34,458 nt of DNA from Octopus bimaculoides (lineage: Eukaryota): positions 36,778,892 to 36,813,349 of the forward strand of contig NC_068990.1 in the NCBI RefSeq assembly GCF_001194135.2, written 5' to 3'. This document shows positions 22,647 through 34,458 of this stretch, piece after piece. Within the stretch, counting starts at the first letter, position 1; every line of letters begins with the position of its first letter. The translations under genes and the position numbers were made by a program. The notes under the pieces were generated by a model. It did no database searches, was not told the origin of the DNA, and saw only the letters and a program-made list of their open reading frames with translations.

Positions 22647-23332
22647 TACTCTTACTCTTTTACTTGTTTCAGTCATTTGACTGCAGCCATGCTGGAGCAC
22701 TGCCTTTAGTCGAGAAAATCGACCCGAGGACTTATTCTTTGTAAGCCTAGTACTTATTCTACCAGTCTCTTTTTGCCGAACCGCTAAGTTACGGGGATGT
22801 AAACAGCAGCAGCATCGGTTGTCAAGCAATGCTAGGGGGATAAACACAGACACACAAACACACAAACACACATACATATATATATATATATATNNNNNNN
22901 NNNNNNNNNNNNNNNNNNNNNNNNNNNNNNNNNNNNNNNNNNNNNNNNNNNNNNNNNNNNNNNNNNNNNNNNNNNNNNNNNNNNNNNNNNNNNNNNNNNN
23001 NNNNNNNNNNNNNNNNNNNNNNNNNNNNNNNNNNNNNNNNNNNNNNNNNNNNNNNNNNNNNNNNNNNNNNNNNNNNNNNNNNNNNNNNNNNNNNNNNNNN
23101 NNNNNNNNNNNNNNNNNNNNNNNNNNNNNNNNNNNNNNNNNNNNNNNNNNNNNNNNNNNNATATATATATGACGGGCCTCTTAGTTTCTGTCTACCAAAT
23201 CCACTCACAAGGCTTTGGTCGGCCCCAGGCTATAGTAGAAGACACTTGCCCAAGGTGCCATGCAGTGGGACTGAGCCCAGAACCATGTGGTTGGTAAGCA
23301 AGCTACTTATCATGCAGCGATGCCTGCGCCTA
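22647..23332 (-). mobile_element. Full-length SINE family A spanning an N-gap in its internal microsatellite
   Basis: 3' half 22647-22870 and 5' half 23170-23332 are the reverse complements of the two halves of 11682-12091. Confidence 0.9.
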
Positions 23333-23504
23333 TGTCTGCATAAATAATTAGGTTCTGATGACCCTGTCTCAATGACTAAAAATGCTATCCTAGAGTTATA
23401 ATACTTAGTGAGACTGGCAATGAGGTTGGTCACACTTATAGTGTACTACAGAAAGCCCACTTATAACATTTGTGTGAACCTGAACTCCATAAGGACCAAG
23501 CTTA

Positions 23505-23780
23505 CTGTAGAAATGGGTGCCACTAGTGGAGATGCATCACTTGCTGGTTAGGGTGTTGGATTCGTGACTGTAAGATTGTGCTTTTGATCCCGGGACCAGG
23601 CGATCCATTGTGTTCTTGATTAAGACACTTCACTTCATGTTGTTCTGGTCCATTCAGTTGTAGAAATGAGTTTAGCCTGGTGTGGGATGGGTTCTACCAG
23701 GTTTTCTTGCTCTAGGTACACTGCATGGTTGTAGTGCCCCAATGACTCCTAAGGAGTTAAGGGACTTGTCATTTGTCAAC
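23505..23780 (+). mobile_element. 276-bp near-identical copy of 21995-22270 (family C second monomer plus linker)
   Basis: Collinear, same length, roughly 90% identical by eye, from ctgtagaaatgggtgccacta to gggacttgtcatttg(t/c)caac. Confidence 0.9.
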
Positions 23781-25152
23781 AGAGAAAAAGAGAAGAGGCT
23801 GACAACAGACAATGGCAGACTTTACTGGAAAGATTTGTTAAATTTCAACCTGGAGAAAAGTGATAATCATTTCCATCATTGCCAGTATCAATCCAGAATT
23901 TCATTGAGTCCTTACTGAAAGCAAGTAAGTCCCTTTCAAAAATGAACACATTCCACTGGTGGGCTTGAATTTTAATTGTTATTGTAAATAAAAACCAGGA
24001 CCTAATGAGTTTGCTGAAGAATCAAAAGAAACAAGAGAAATACTGTATTAGTTGAAAAAGGAGATTGGAAAAATGCATCCAACTCTTCAAAATGTAGATG
24101 GTTGGTTAAAAAACCACAGAAATGTTCTATTGATGGCCAAAGAACTACCAGCCAAAGGAAGCAAGTTAACTTTGGAGCTTGGTTAATATTGAAGCTGCTC
24201 TGAGCAGATGTTGAGAACCCTGTCTGCAGAAGATTATTACAGCGGAATGTGATTGTGGTCATGGAGTTTCCTAACCATATCAACTAGGGATTTTTCACCT
24301 CATTCTTTGTGGGTTACCTTTATATATGTGTGTACTAAATTTTTAACCTGTTTCAATATACTGTATTACATTTTTGTATCACTGATCAATCATAATTTTA
24401 ATATTTGGACATTACCCACAAGGTTTTTATTATATGTGCTCTTGTGGCCAATAAAGAAGGGATTATATTATTAGTTTTGTTATTATGCTATCTTTTGTTT
24501 TCCTCTAAATATGAAATATTTCCAAGTGCATATATTGCATTTCTATGTACATACATTCGAGCATATGTATATACCTACAGGCATACATATANNNNNNNNN
24601 NNNNNNNNNNNNNNNNNNNNNNNNNNNNNNNNNNNNNNNNNNNNNNNNNNNNNNNNNNNNNNNNNNNNNNNNNNNNNNNNNNNNNNNNNNNNNNNNNNNN
24701 NNNNNNNNNNNNNNNNNNNNNNNNNNNNNNNNNNNNNNNNNNNNNNNNNNNNNNNNNNNNNNNNNNNNNNNNNNNNNNNNNNNNNNNNNNNNNNNNNNNN
24801 NNNNNNNNNNNNNNNNNNNNNNNNNNNNNNNNNNNNNNNNNNNNNNNNNNNNNNNNNNNNNNNNNNNNNNNNNNNNNNNNNNNNNNNNNNNNNNNNNNNN
24901 NNNNNNNNNNNNNNNNNNNNNNNNNNNNNNNNNNNNNGTCAGTTCTCAGTTCTATTCTATGCATAATGTACTGAATAGAAAAACTTTTTTAAATCTCAAT
25001 TTTATTAAATACATATTCATTTACTATAAAACACACTTTTATATTTTTTAAAAATATCTCTTAAATAGATGCAGTGCTTGTGGATACATACACAGACACA
25101 TACAAACACAGACACACATACACACATAAATACAGACATAATGTTTTAATGC

Positions 25153-25202
<50 letters not shown>

Positions 25203-26129
25203 GTATAAGTATATATACACAAGCACACACACATTAAAACGTATACACATGTGTTTGTGCCTGCATGTTTGCATGTATATATACAAATGTGCGTGCAAGT
25301 GTATGTGTGTCTATTCTAACACAATACTTTTATTTAAGAGATATTTTAAGAAATTCCACAAAATTTATTTCTTTGAAATATCTCATTTAGGATTTCACAA
25401 CATTAAAAAAGAATAATAACAAATTTATGAAATTCAATATATATGCAAAGCAATGAATACACTCAGATAAATACATACATATATAGAATCTGTATAGACA
25501 AACAAGCAAACATATATATAGTAGTGTATGTGCATTTATATTTACAAAAACCAGTTACCAAAAAATATATATATTTAAAGACATTCTCAAATAAATATAT
25601 GCAAATGTAGATATTCCTCCTCCATCCCATGTGCCCTTATCACATATTCTTTAGTTTAGAAAAAAAAAACGATTTAAAAAATTCTTAAATATCATTACAA
25701 GAAAGCCATTTAATAAGAAACCCAGTATTGTCAGAATTTCAGAATAGTAAAACTGTTGAAACAAAGCTTTACTTATTGAAAGTTGTAATTGCTAGATAGA
25801 TTCATTTGAAATTCTTTAAAATTTATCAATAATAGAAATTATATTTAATTTTTATTTATTATTTTTTAAAAAATATTTTTTGCCTTTCAGTAAATTATTT
25901 CTATTGAATTTTGAAATTGCTTTTTCAAACTGCTTCTTGCATATTTCATTTGGCAATAATAAGAAATGTTAGGTGAAGGACATTGCTGTCATCGTCATCA
26001 TCATCATCATCATTTCACATTGGAAATCACTCCACTTTGTTGACATGGTGTTAGGCAGTCATTACAGTCCATATCAACTTTCAGTTACACACAGGCAGAT
26101 GGCTAAAATAAAAACTGGCTGAAAAATGT

Positions 26130-26360
26130 TGGTGTTGGATATGTCTTACATTAATGGACTAGGGGTATTTTATGGTACCATTATCATTAAAGAGTTTATT
26201 CCAAGAGGAATGTCAGTGTGTCAGTTCTTATTTCAAGATACTGCCCACACAGAAGGCTATTGTGGGAAGAAACATAAAGAGTCTATGTCTCAAATATACT
26301 TTCAGCTTCTTGCTGCAGCTTAGGAGTGTCATTCTATCTACAATAACACATGCACACATG
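26130..26360 (+). mobile_element. Possible old mariner catalytic-domain fragment
   Basis: GVFYGTIIIKEFIPRGMSVCQF resembles FFD..G.IH.EF.P.G.TVN, and a weak ILxHDNA-like segment follows. Highly diverged. Confidence 0.35.
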
Positions 26361-26840
26361 TAGTTCACTTCTCTTCTTTATTGATGTATTAGAATTAATC
26401 TCAGCTTTAAATAGTCACTGTCAACAATAGTCTTGTTTAAGAATAATACATTTGGTACTCGACAAAAGTATAGTGTAATCTTTCAGATTAACGTAAAATT
26501 GTTTTTACTATAACTAAGCATAAAAACAAACATTAAAATATATCTATCTCCACTTAAACGTGGATGTTCTGTTAGAACAATTTATACTGCAGTAGATACC
26601 ATGAGAGAAACTCTGTTAGTGGTTTTTAGAGCAAAATGCACTCTTATTTATATTGCAGGGAGATAAATGCCTGCCATCTCCAGCACAGAGACCACCATGT
26701 GATTTTGACCTTCCTTAGTCTCATCAATAACATACACTTGATTACTAGAGATAGAAGTGATTCATCTCCCCACCAGCAAGATATAGTAAAACAGTGCTGG
26801 AACACGTGCTGATGTTGTGGTAGCCAGTTAGCTTGCTTGG

Positions 26841-26909
26841 GGTCTCTTGCAACTTAAAGTTTTGTAGGGTCCCGGAACAAGCTTACAAAACTTTAAGTTG
26901 CATAGGACT
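26841..26909. other. Isolated hairpin: perfect 19-bp inverted repeat with 17-nt spacer
   Basis: tgcaacttaaagttttgta (26848-26866) is the exact reverse complement of tacaaaactttaagttgca (26884-26902). Confidence 0.9.
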
Positions 26910-27534
26910 GAATCAAACTGTTTTGAATTACAACATATGTAATCCCTGCTGAACGTGCTAGGTCCACTCACTCACACACACACACGTCTTTGCTCATCTT
27001 AATTCAATACTCATGTTTGATTTCCATGCAACAGCACAGTTTGTACAGAGAATTTCTTTGTTAATAGCAGAGTTAAAAGCTGCTTGAAACTTTTTGTTCT
27101 GTTCTTATGCTGACTAATATCCTTTCAGAGTTCCATCCACTTACACTGCTGATTGGGTACATAGTTCTTTTGGTAGCAAAAGTTGCTATCTACTTCTAGA
27201 AAGCATTCTATGCATTTCGAAGCATATAATCCATAAATGTACTTACTACTAACTATCCTGTGCATCTGCAAGACATGATGTTCTTCAGTATCATCTTGTT
27301 GCTGATCCTACTGAATATCTTGTGGTAGAATCACCAACAAGGGATGAAGAGATATAAACTTTACATTTGAGAACATATAAGAGTTCCTATAATTCTTACA
27401 TTTAGCATTTATACATGAACACTTTCAAAAGTGGTAGCAAATTTTCTCTTCTTTTCTGCTAAGGCTTCTGGTTTGTTAGGTTTACTTTTAAACATCTTTA
27501 TAATAGCCTCTGCCTCTATGTTTGGACCATATCC

Positions 27535-27552
27535 TCTCTCTCTCTCTCTCTG

Positions 27553-27646
<94 letters not shown>

Positions 27647-27650
27647 TGAA
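27535..27650. repeat. Compound (TC)n(TA)n(CA)n microsatellite
   Basis: Direct reading. Confidence 0.97.
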
Positions 27651-27906
27651 TGTGTAAGTATATAAGTATGTGCGTGTGTGTATATATGTACATATAAACA
27701 CACATTCACAGCATAAACACATACATACATATATTTGCATGCATACACACATACTTACACACACACACACATATATTTGTGTAATCAAATAGAAGGAAAG
27801 ATACTCAATACATGCAGTAGAGTTTATTCATTCCTTTGGAGTTGATTGTTAACCTGTATCTCTTCTGAAAGTTTGTCTTGTGTGTACGAGTGTGTGTGTG
27901 TGTGTG

Positions 27907-27937
<31 letters not shown>

Positions 27938-28557
27938 TCCGGGGCGTGTGTGTTTGTTCAGGCCAAACTAGAGACAGAGTGACTCATCTGATTCTTTGAA
28001 TCAATATGCAATATGTGTGTGTGTGTGTACTGTGTGTGCAGTATATACTGCATGCATATATATAAACAAGCAAGTTTGTCTTATATTACATTTCTAAACA
28101 AATCTGAGTTTGCTTCAGGCCAAAAAAAAATCAAAATAATGAATATGATGATGATGGTAATGATGATGATCCTGATAATGATAATAATAATGATGATGAT
28201 GATGATGATAATCTTTTATAAACTTTTGTAGGTTCACAAATGTAAAACATTAGACATTGTAAGTGCACCTTCGGTAACAAATAGTTTTAAGCTATATACT
28301 ATATTTATTTTTGAGATGCTTGGTTTCTTTTCATTTGTAGAAAAATAGATATTGAAGATTTGGTTAACTCTATTTTGATAGGAAGAATAAGATACTGTTA
28401 TTGTAAATTACAATAGTTTCGGAAATATTGTCAGTAGGTTGATCTTTTGTAGACATAAATGTTCATGAGTGGGAAGCTGTTGGTAGTATCAACTTCAAGG
28501 GTAAAGCAGCAAGATTTCTGATGGTTAAACATTTCATAAGGCTGTTATTTCAGTGAT

Positions 28558-28872
28558 GTGAAGGAACGTGGTTCAGTAGTTAAAGCATTGGGCTCACAAT
28601 CATGAGATAGTGAGTTTGATTCTTGGACCGGGCTGTGTGTCGTGTTTTTGAGCAAGACACATTATTACACATTGCGCCACTTCACTCTGCTGTAGAAATG
28701 AGTTGCGATGTCACTGGTGCCAAGCTGTATCAGCCTTTGCCTTTTCCTTGGATAAGATTCAATGGCGTAGAGAGGGGAAGCTGTTGGTCTTCTGTAAACA
28801 ACCTTGGCCGGACTTGTGCTTCAGAGGGGAACTTTCTAGGTACTTCATAACCAAAGGGGGTCTTTACCCTCT
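28558..28872 (+). mobile_element. tRNA-derived SINE (family C related, full length)
   Basis: Head gtggttcagtagttaaagcattgggctcacaatc...gagtttgattcttggacc, then tgtttttgagcaagacac...ctctgctgtagaaatgag, and a distinct 3' tail ending gggggtctttaccctc. Confidence 0.8.
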
Positions 28873-28950
28873 TAATACTATTTGAATGAAATAGTTGTAC
28901 TGGGAATAGACCTGGCTAAGGACCCAGCTTGTTGGGAGTTTATCGCTTTC

Positions 28951-28984
<34 letters not shown>

Positions 28985-28985
<1 letters not shown>

Positions 28986-29275
28986 TTCCTGTCACCAACC
29001 TTCATCTGTTTCCAAGCAAGGCAATAATTCCCCATGATCAAACATGTTTTCATAGAAGATGAATGAAGGATGCAGCTTGCATAATAGTAACATTTGTTTA
29101 CAACTACCATGTAATATCAAGGCAAGGGGGAAATAACACACGCACACACACGCACACACACACACACATGATGGGTTATAATACAAGGTATTTGCTCAAG
29201 GTGTCACACAGTTGGACTGAAGCTAGAACTATGTGATTGGGAAGCAAACTTACCTCACAAACATGCCTTGCTTTG
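28985..29275 (-). mobile_element. SINE with tRNA-like head, internal CA tract and RTE-like tail
   Basis: Head at 29180-29275 (ttgctcaaggtgtcacacagttggactgaagctagaactatgtgattgggaagcaaac, like the reverse family A head); tail ttcctgtcaccaaccttcatctgtttccaagcaagg. Confidence 0.65.
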
Positions 29276-29988
29276 AATAATAAATCCAAAATTAAAATGA
29301 ATAAAACCATGTTTTTATATTTAAAGTTACTCTGGAAAAAGGAAATAATAAAAAAAGAAGGCATCATTATTATTTGTTGATTTCATGAATAAATTACACA
29401 CACATCACAATTAATTTCTTTTAATAAATCTCTATGTCAAAGACCATTTTGTGACTTGGTTGTCATGATGTACTTGTGACACTGTGTTTATTGGGGAGAT
29501 TTAATGTCCTTGTCCTAGGACTTGGCAGCCTTCATGTTTGGTGTCAAAGAAATCACTAGAAGCATTTCAGTCATGAAGTCCTTTCTAACAACTTCTTCTA
29601 AATCAGTTGTTAATTATAATAATGACCCCCCAGTGGTATAGCAGGACAATCAATCACTTTGTTGTGTATGGACATCTTCAAGTTTATGTTACAAATGATA
29701 AACAATTTGCATGCAGTTTTGCTTGAGGAACTCAGGTGAAAATTGAGTTAGAAAAATGTGCCAAGGGAATCTTGGAAAGAAGAAAATCATGTTGGGTTAA
29801 GAATAGGTGATAAAGAAAATTAAATCAAACAGTTATTACAAATATTTAGGAATCAAATGCACTAGACAGAGTGCAATACACATAAATGAAAGAAAAATAT
29901 TAAGAATTAAAAATCATTGAGATATTTGATTAATACTTAAACAGAGTGAAATTTAAAAAAAAGACCAAAATGTAGCTGATATGGTTAA

Positions 29989-30203
29989 CCTTTTAGCATT
30001 CAAATAATTCTGTTAAAAGTAATGCTTATTTAGTCACATTGTTTTAAATTAATCATAAATTACCTTGTAGCTTCAAGATTTATCAAGTAGTTCATTTTTA
30101 AAATGACATTGTTGGGTACGAGTGAGGGGCCAGATTTGGTTAGTTTTCACACAAAGCAGGTAGAATATTTTGGTTGGATATAGATGGTTTAAATGCTAAA
30201 GGG
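29989..30203. mobile_element. piggyBac-like MITE (215 bp)
   Basis: TTAA on both sides (29985-29988, 30204-30207); terminal inverted repeats ccttttagcattcaaa and tttaaatgctaaaggg. Confidence 0.85.
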
Positions 30204-30719
30204 TTAAAGTAGGGGATAATATAACGAAACAGTGTCTGAGAAGGGTTCACAAAGTAGAGACAAAAAAGTGGTTCCACTGCAAAATAAAATCAAAACTTTC
30301 TTGTCAAGAAACTACCAAAAGCATGCAATGAATTAGTATATATTAAGTAGATGAAAAACGTGTAGAATGTGAAACAAAACTAATAATTACATTGTTTTTG
30401 GTTTTCCTGTCTTAGTCAAGGGAGAATGAATAAACACATGTGATAGAGTTGGGTTTTTCATGCTTTGAAAATTATGTCAGCATTATGATATACCAATAAA
30501 AAGAAAGTGGTATACACATACCCTTGATAAAGTCTCAGATAATGGTAAAGCAACAATTTTGGATATGTTAATCAATGCACTGAGAGATCTAGGTTAGTTA
30601 GATTGATATTATTGTCACAGATCATTAGGAATCGCTAATCACTTATCACTAGGTCCAGTCCTTTCCCCTCAGGATGTCATCCTTCTTGTCTCTGCTTAAA
30701 GGTTGTTTCTTTCCTGCAG

Positions 30720-30902
30720 GTATTGACTTACAAAGACTCAAGAGGAGTCAGCAAAAGCCACGGGTACTGCCTCTTCTTCCAGACCATGCAAGTAAAAAGA
30801 GGAAATCATAGAGAATCACTTCTCAGCTGCAATATTTCTCCCAGCAGAAAATTACATATCTCCAAAAGACAAAAGAGAAATTATTCAAATCTAAAATCCT
30901 GA
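30720..30902 (+). CDS. Candidate exon downstream of a good acceptor; product unknown
   Basis: gttgtttctttcctgcag|G acceptor; two frames are open: phase 1 IDLQRLKRSQQKPRVLPLLPDHASKKRKS* (TAG 30809-30811) and phase 0 VLTYKDSRGVSKSHGYCLFF...NLKS* (TGA 30900-30902). Confidence 0.25.
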   Translation, partial: VLTYKDSRGVSKSHGYCLFFQTMQVKRGNHRESLLSCNISPSRKLHISKRQKRNYSNLKS

Positions 30903-32166
30903 ATTTGTAGAGAGAAAATAAAAAAAATAAACTTCTGTAATAATGGGTTCCTAATTAGAAATTCTAAATATGAAGATATTAAACAATATGGAAGCCCCAT
31001 CACTGATGCATATATGCAACATACAGAAAACAGCACAACTAGGCAGCAAAACAAAAACAAGATCCTGCAAGTACTCAAGGTGTAGAGACCTACACGGAGC
31101 TAAGCAACAAATCACTCAAGAAATGTGAGAGTACTGAAATGATACCTATGATGATGATGATGATGACGATAACGATGTTGTTTAAAAAAAAAAACAAAGT
31201 GACAGGTATTACTGATGATGATGATGATGTGAAAGTAATTTCTTAGAAACATTTTATAATATAATTGAAAATAATAATAAGCATAAAATGCTTTGCTTAG
31301 TAGTGATAGTGGTGGTGGTGGTGCTGGTGGTGGCAGCGGTGGTGGTNNNNNNNNNNNNNNNNNNNNNNNNNNNNNNNNNNNNNNNNNNNNNNNNNNNNNN
31401 NNNNNNNNNNNNNNNNNNNNNNNNNNNNNNNNNNNNNNNNNNNNNNNNNNNNNNNNNNNNNNNNNNNNNNNNNNNNNNNNNNNNNNNNNNNNNNNNNNNN
31501 NNNNNNNNNNNNNNNNNNNNNNNNNNNNNNNNNNNNNNNNNNNNNNNNNNNNNNNNNNNNNNNNNNNNNNNNNNNNNNNNNNNNNNNNNNNNNNNNNNNN
31601 NNNNNNNNNNNNNNNNNNNNNNNNNNNNNNNNNNNNNNNNNNNNNNNNNNNNNNNNNNNNNNNNNNNNNNNNNNNNNNNNNNNNNNNNNNNNNNNNNNNN
31701 NNNNNNNNNNNNNNNNNNNNNNNNNNNNNNNNNNNNNNNNNNNNNNNNNNNNNNNNNNNNNNNNNNNNNNNNNNNNNNNNNNNNNNNNNNNNNNNNNNNN
31801 NNNNNNNNNNNNNNNNNNNNNNNNNNNNNNNNNNNNNNNNNNNNNNNNNNNNNNNNNNNNNNNNNNNNNNNNNNNNNNNNNNNNNNNNNNNNNNNNNNNN
31901 NNNNNNNNNNNNNNNNNNNNNNNNNNNNNNNNNNNNNNNNNNNNNNNNNNNNNNNNNNNNNNNNNNNNNNNNNNNNNNNNNNNNNNNNNNNNNNNNNNNN
32001 NNNNNNNNNNNNNNNNNNNNNNNNNNNNNNNNNNNNNNNNNNNNNNNNNNNNNNNNNNNNNNNNNNNNNNNNNNNNNNNNNNNNNNNNNNNNNNNNNNNN
32101 NNNNNNNNNNNNNNNNNNNNNNNNNNNNNNNNNNNNNNNNNNNNNNNNNNNNNNNNNNNNNNNNNN

Positions 32167-32215
<49 letters not shown>

Positions 32216-32774
32216 TATGTACATATATATATATTCAGATGTATACACATAGATATATACATCTACATATAAACATACATATACATACATTTATATGAGC
32301 ATACATGCATACAGACATACACACATACATGCATACACACCTATAACTTTTAAGCTAGTGGTAAATAATATATTATGTTTAATAACATTGCAAAGCAGAA
32401 AAAAAACAACAACTGTAACATTATTTGGTCAAGAGTGTAAAAGAGAATTTTGTAGGGTGAATTTAATGTAAGTATTCTGTGAATTTACTTCGTATAACAG
32501 ATAAGTACCATATATGGTCATTGGAGAAACCAATAAAGAATTATATGTAAAGAATTATAGCTGAACATATTGCATGCATATCACACTATCACAGACACAC
32601 ACAGATACACAGAAACACACAGACACAGATACACACACATACATACACAAAGAAAAATTGCTGTTTCCAAACAGTGATGATAGTGTTCCAACACAAAGAT
32701 TGAAAATATGGAGAAAAATAATGTGACAGAAAGAAACTAGTACTAAAGAAATTATCTAACATGCATATTCACAA

Positions 32775-32823
32775 TACATGCATATATATATATATATATA
32801 CATATATATATACATATATATAC

Positions 32824-32898
<75 letters not shown>

Positions 32899-33810
32899 NN
32901 NNNNNNNNNNNNNNNNNNNNNNNNNNNNNNNNNNNNNNNNNNNNNNNNNNNNNNNNNNNNNNNNNNNNNNNNNNNNNNNNNNNNNNNNNNNNNNNNNNNN
33001 NNNNNNNNNNNNNNNNNNNNNNNNNNNNNNNNNNNNNNNNNNNNNNNNNNNNNNNNNNNNNNNNNNNNNNNNNNNNNNNNNNNNNNNNNNNNNNNNNNNN
33101 NNNNNNNNNNNNNNNNNNNNNNNNNNNNNNNNNNNNNNNNNNNNNNNNNNNNNNNNNNNNNNNNNNNNNNNNNNNNNNNNNNNNNNNNNNNNNNNNNNNN
33201 NNNNNNNNNNNNNNNNNNNNNNNNNNNNNNNNNNNNNNNNNNNNNNNNNNNNNNNNNNNNNNNNNNNNNNNNNNNNNNNNNNNNNNNNNNNNNNNNNNNN
33301 NNNNNNNNNNNNNNNNNNNNNNNNNNNNNNNNNNNNNNNNNNNNNNNNNNNNNNNNNNNNNNNNNNNNNNNNNNNNNNNNNNNNNNNNNNNNNNNNNNNN
33401 NNNNNNNNNNNNNNNNNNNNNNNNNNNNNNNNNNNNNNNNNNNNNNNNNNNNNNNNNNNNNNNNNNNNNNNNNNNNNNNNNNNNNNNNNNNNNNNNNNNN
33501 NNNNNNNNNNNNNNNNNNNNNNNNNNNNNNNNNNNNNNNNNNNNNNNNNNNNNNNNNNNNNNNNNNNNNNNNNNNNNNNNNNNNNNNNNNNNNNNNNNNN
33601 NNNNNNNNNNNNNNNNNNNNNNNNNNNNNNNNNNNNNNNNNNNNNNNNNNNNNNNNNNNNNNNNNNNNNNNNNNNNNNNNNNNNNNNNNNNNNNNNNNNN
33701 NNNNNNNNNNNNNNNNNNNNNNNNNNNNNNNNNNNNNNNNNNNNNNNNNNNNNNNNNNNNNNNNNNNNNNNNNNNNNNNNNNNNNNNNNNNNNNNNNNNN
33801 NNNNNNNNNN

Positions 33811-33875
<65 letters not shown>

Positions 33876-33975
33876 CATACATACATACATATATATACAC
33901 ACACATATATGCATATATATATATATGCATATATATATATATGTATATATATCCATATATATGCATATATATATA

Positions 33976-34030
<55 letters not shown>
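32775..34030. repeat. Long (TA)n array with an unresolved N-gap
   Basis: TA/TACA/TGCA repeats flank the 32899-33810 gap. Confidence 0.95.
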
Positions 34031-34033
<3 letters not shown>

Positions 34034-34458
34034 TATACAAGATAATATCAGGTGCAGAAAGAGTGAACAGCCTGTATATGTAATATAATATCAAGGAAAG
34101 TAAAGCTACATAACAGGTTATATGCAAATATCATTAGCCCATCTTTTGCATGAAATACAGTGAAATAAATGGGAATATATACACAGGTAAATAGTAACGA
34201 ATATGATATAATATATAATAATAAACCCATGTGAAAGGAACACTGAGGCAGCTCATCCTTTAATCTGCTGTGATCAATATATATATATGTGCGTAGGAAA
34301 CATGAAATAGCTCCTGAGAGAATAATCAGTTTTGAATGAATAAATAAGATGCATTACATATATCAGGTACTAATTATATATGTGTGTATGTCTGTATTCA
34401 TTCACATAAATAGACATAAAGAATACACATATACATATATATGTATATGTATATATAT

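Noticed and set aside
23345-23380. CTGATGA as another hammerhead core or a snoRNA C box
   Set aside because: No stem II, no GAAA and no matching D box with terminal stem.
27140-27530. Several short open frames on both strands, e.g. GYGPNIEAEAIIKMFKSKPNKPEALAEKKRKF and ARHDVLQYHLVADPTEYLVVESPTRDEEI
   Set aside because: Competing frames, no consistent splice-site pair and no recognisable family.
31112-34127. Many 300-450 aa ORFs
   Set aside because: Composed of X (N-gaps) and IY/YI dipeptides from (TA)n.
34161-34186. Possible 26-nt exon (EINGNIYT) ending CAG|gtaaat
   Set aside because: Weak pyrimidine tract, frame-shifting length and no supporting neighbours.
1-34458. CRISPR arrays, operons or prokaryotic defence systems
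   Set aside because: No regularly spaced direct repeats with unique spacers and no gene-dense coding; the content is animal repetitive DNA.

Overview
Repeat-dense, AT-rich animal genomic DNA with no prokaryotic features. The SINE families, microsatellite load and N-gaps flanked by (TA)n point to a coleoid cephalopod, most likely an Octopus short-read assembly (inference from recalled repeat families, not a database hit). No complete protein-coding gene can be supported: nearly all listed ORFs are translations of microsatellites or N-gaps. The window holds decayed CR1-like and RTE-like LINEs, several Tc1/mariner remnants, a 1.5 kb Helitron with diagnostic ends followed directly by a second Helitron-like 5' end, a TTAA MITE, two Penelope-like terminal fragments and many tRNA-derived SINEs, some nested or dimeric. 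The best leads are a minimal hammerhead-ribozyme-like motif in both Penelope-like fragments, an isolated pre-miRNA-sized hairpin at 26841-26909, a 12-nt microexon candidate at 5062-5073, and a few + strand exon candidates suggesting that the window may lie within a long-intron gene. All alignments and translations were done by eye, and TE boundaries are approximate unless termini or TSDs are quoted.
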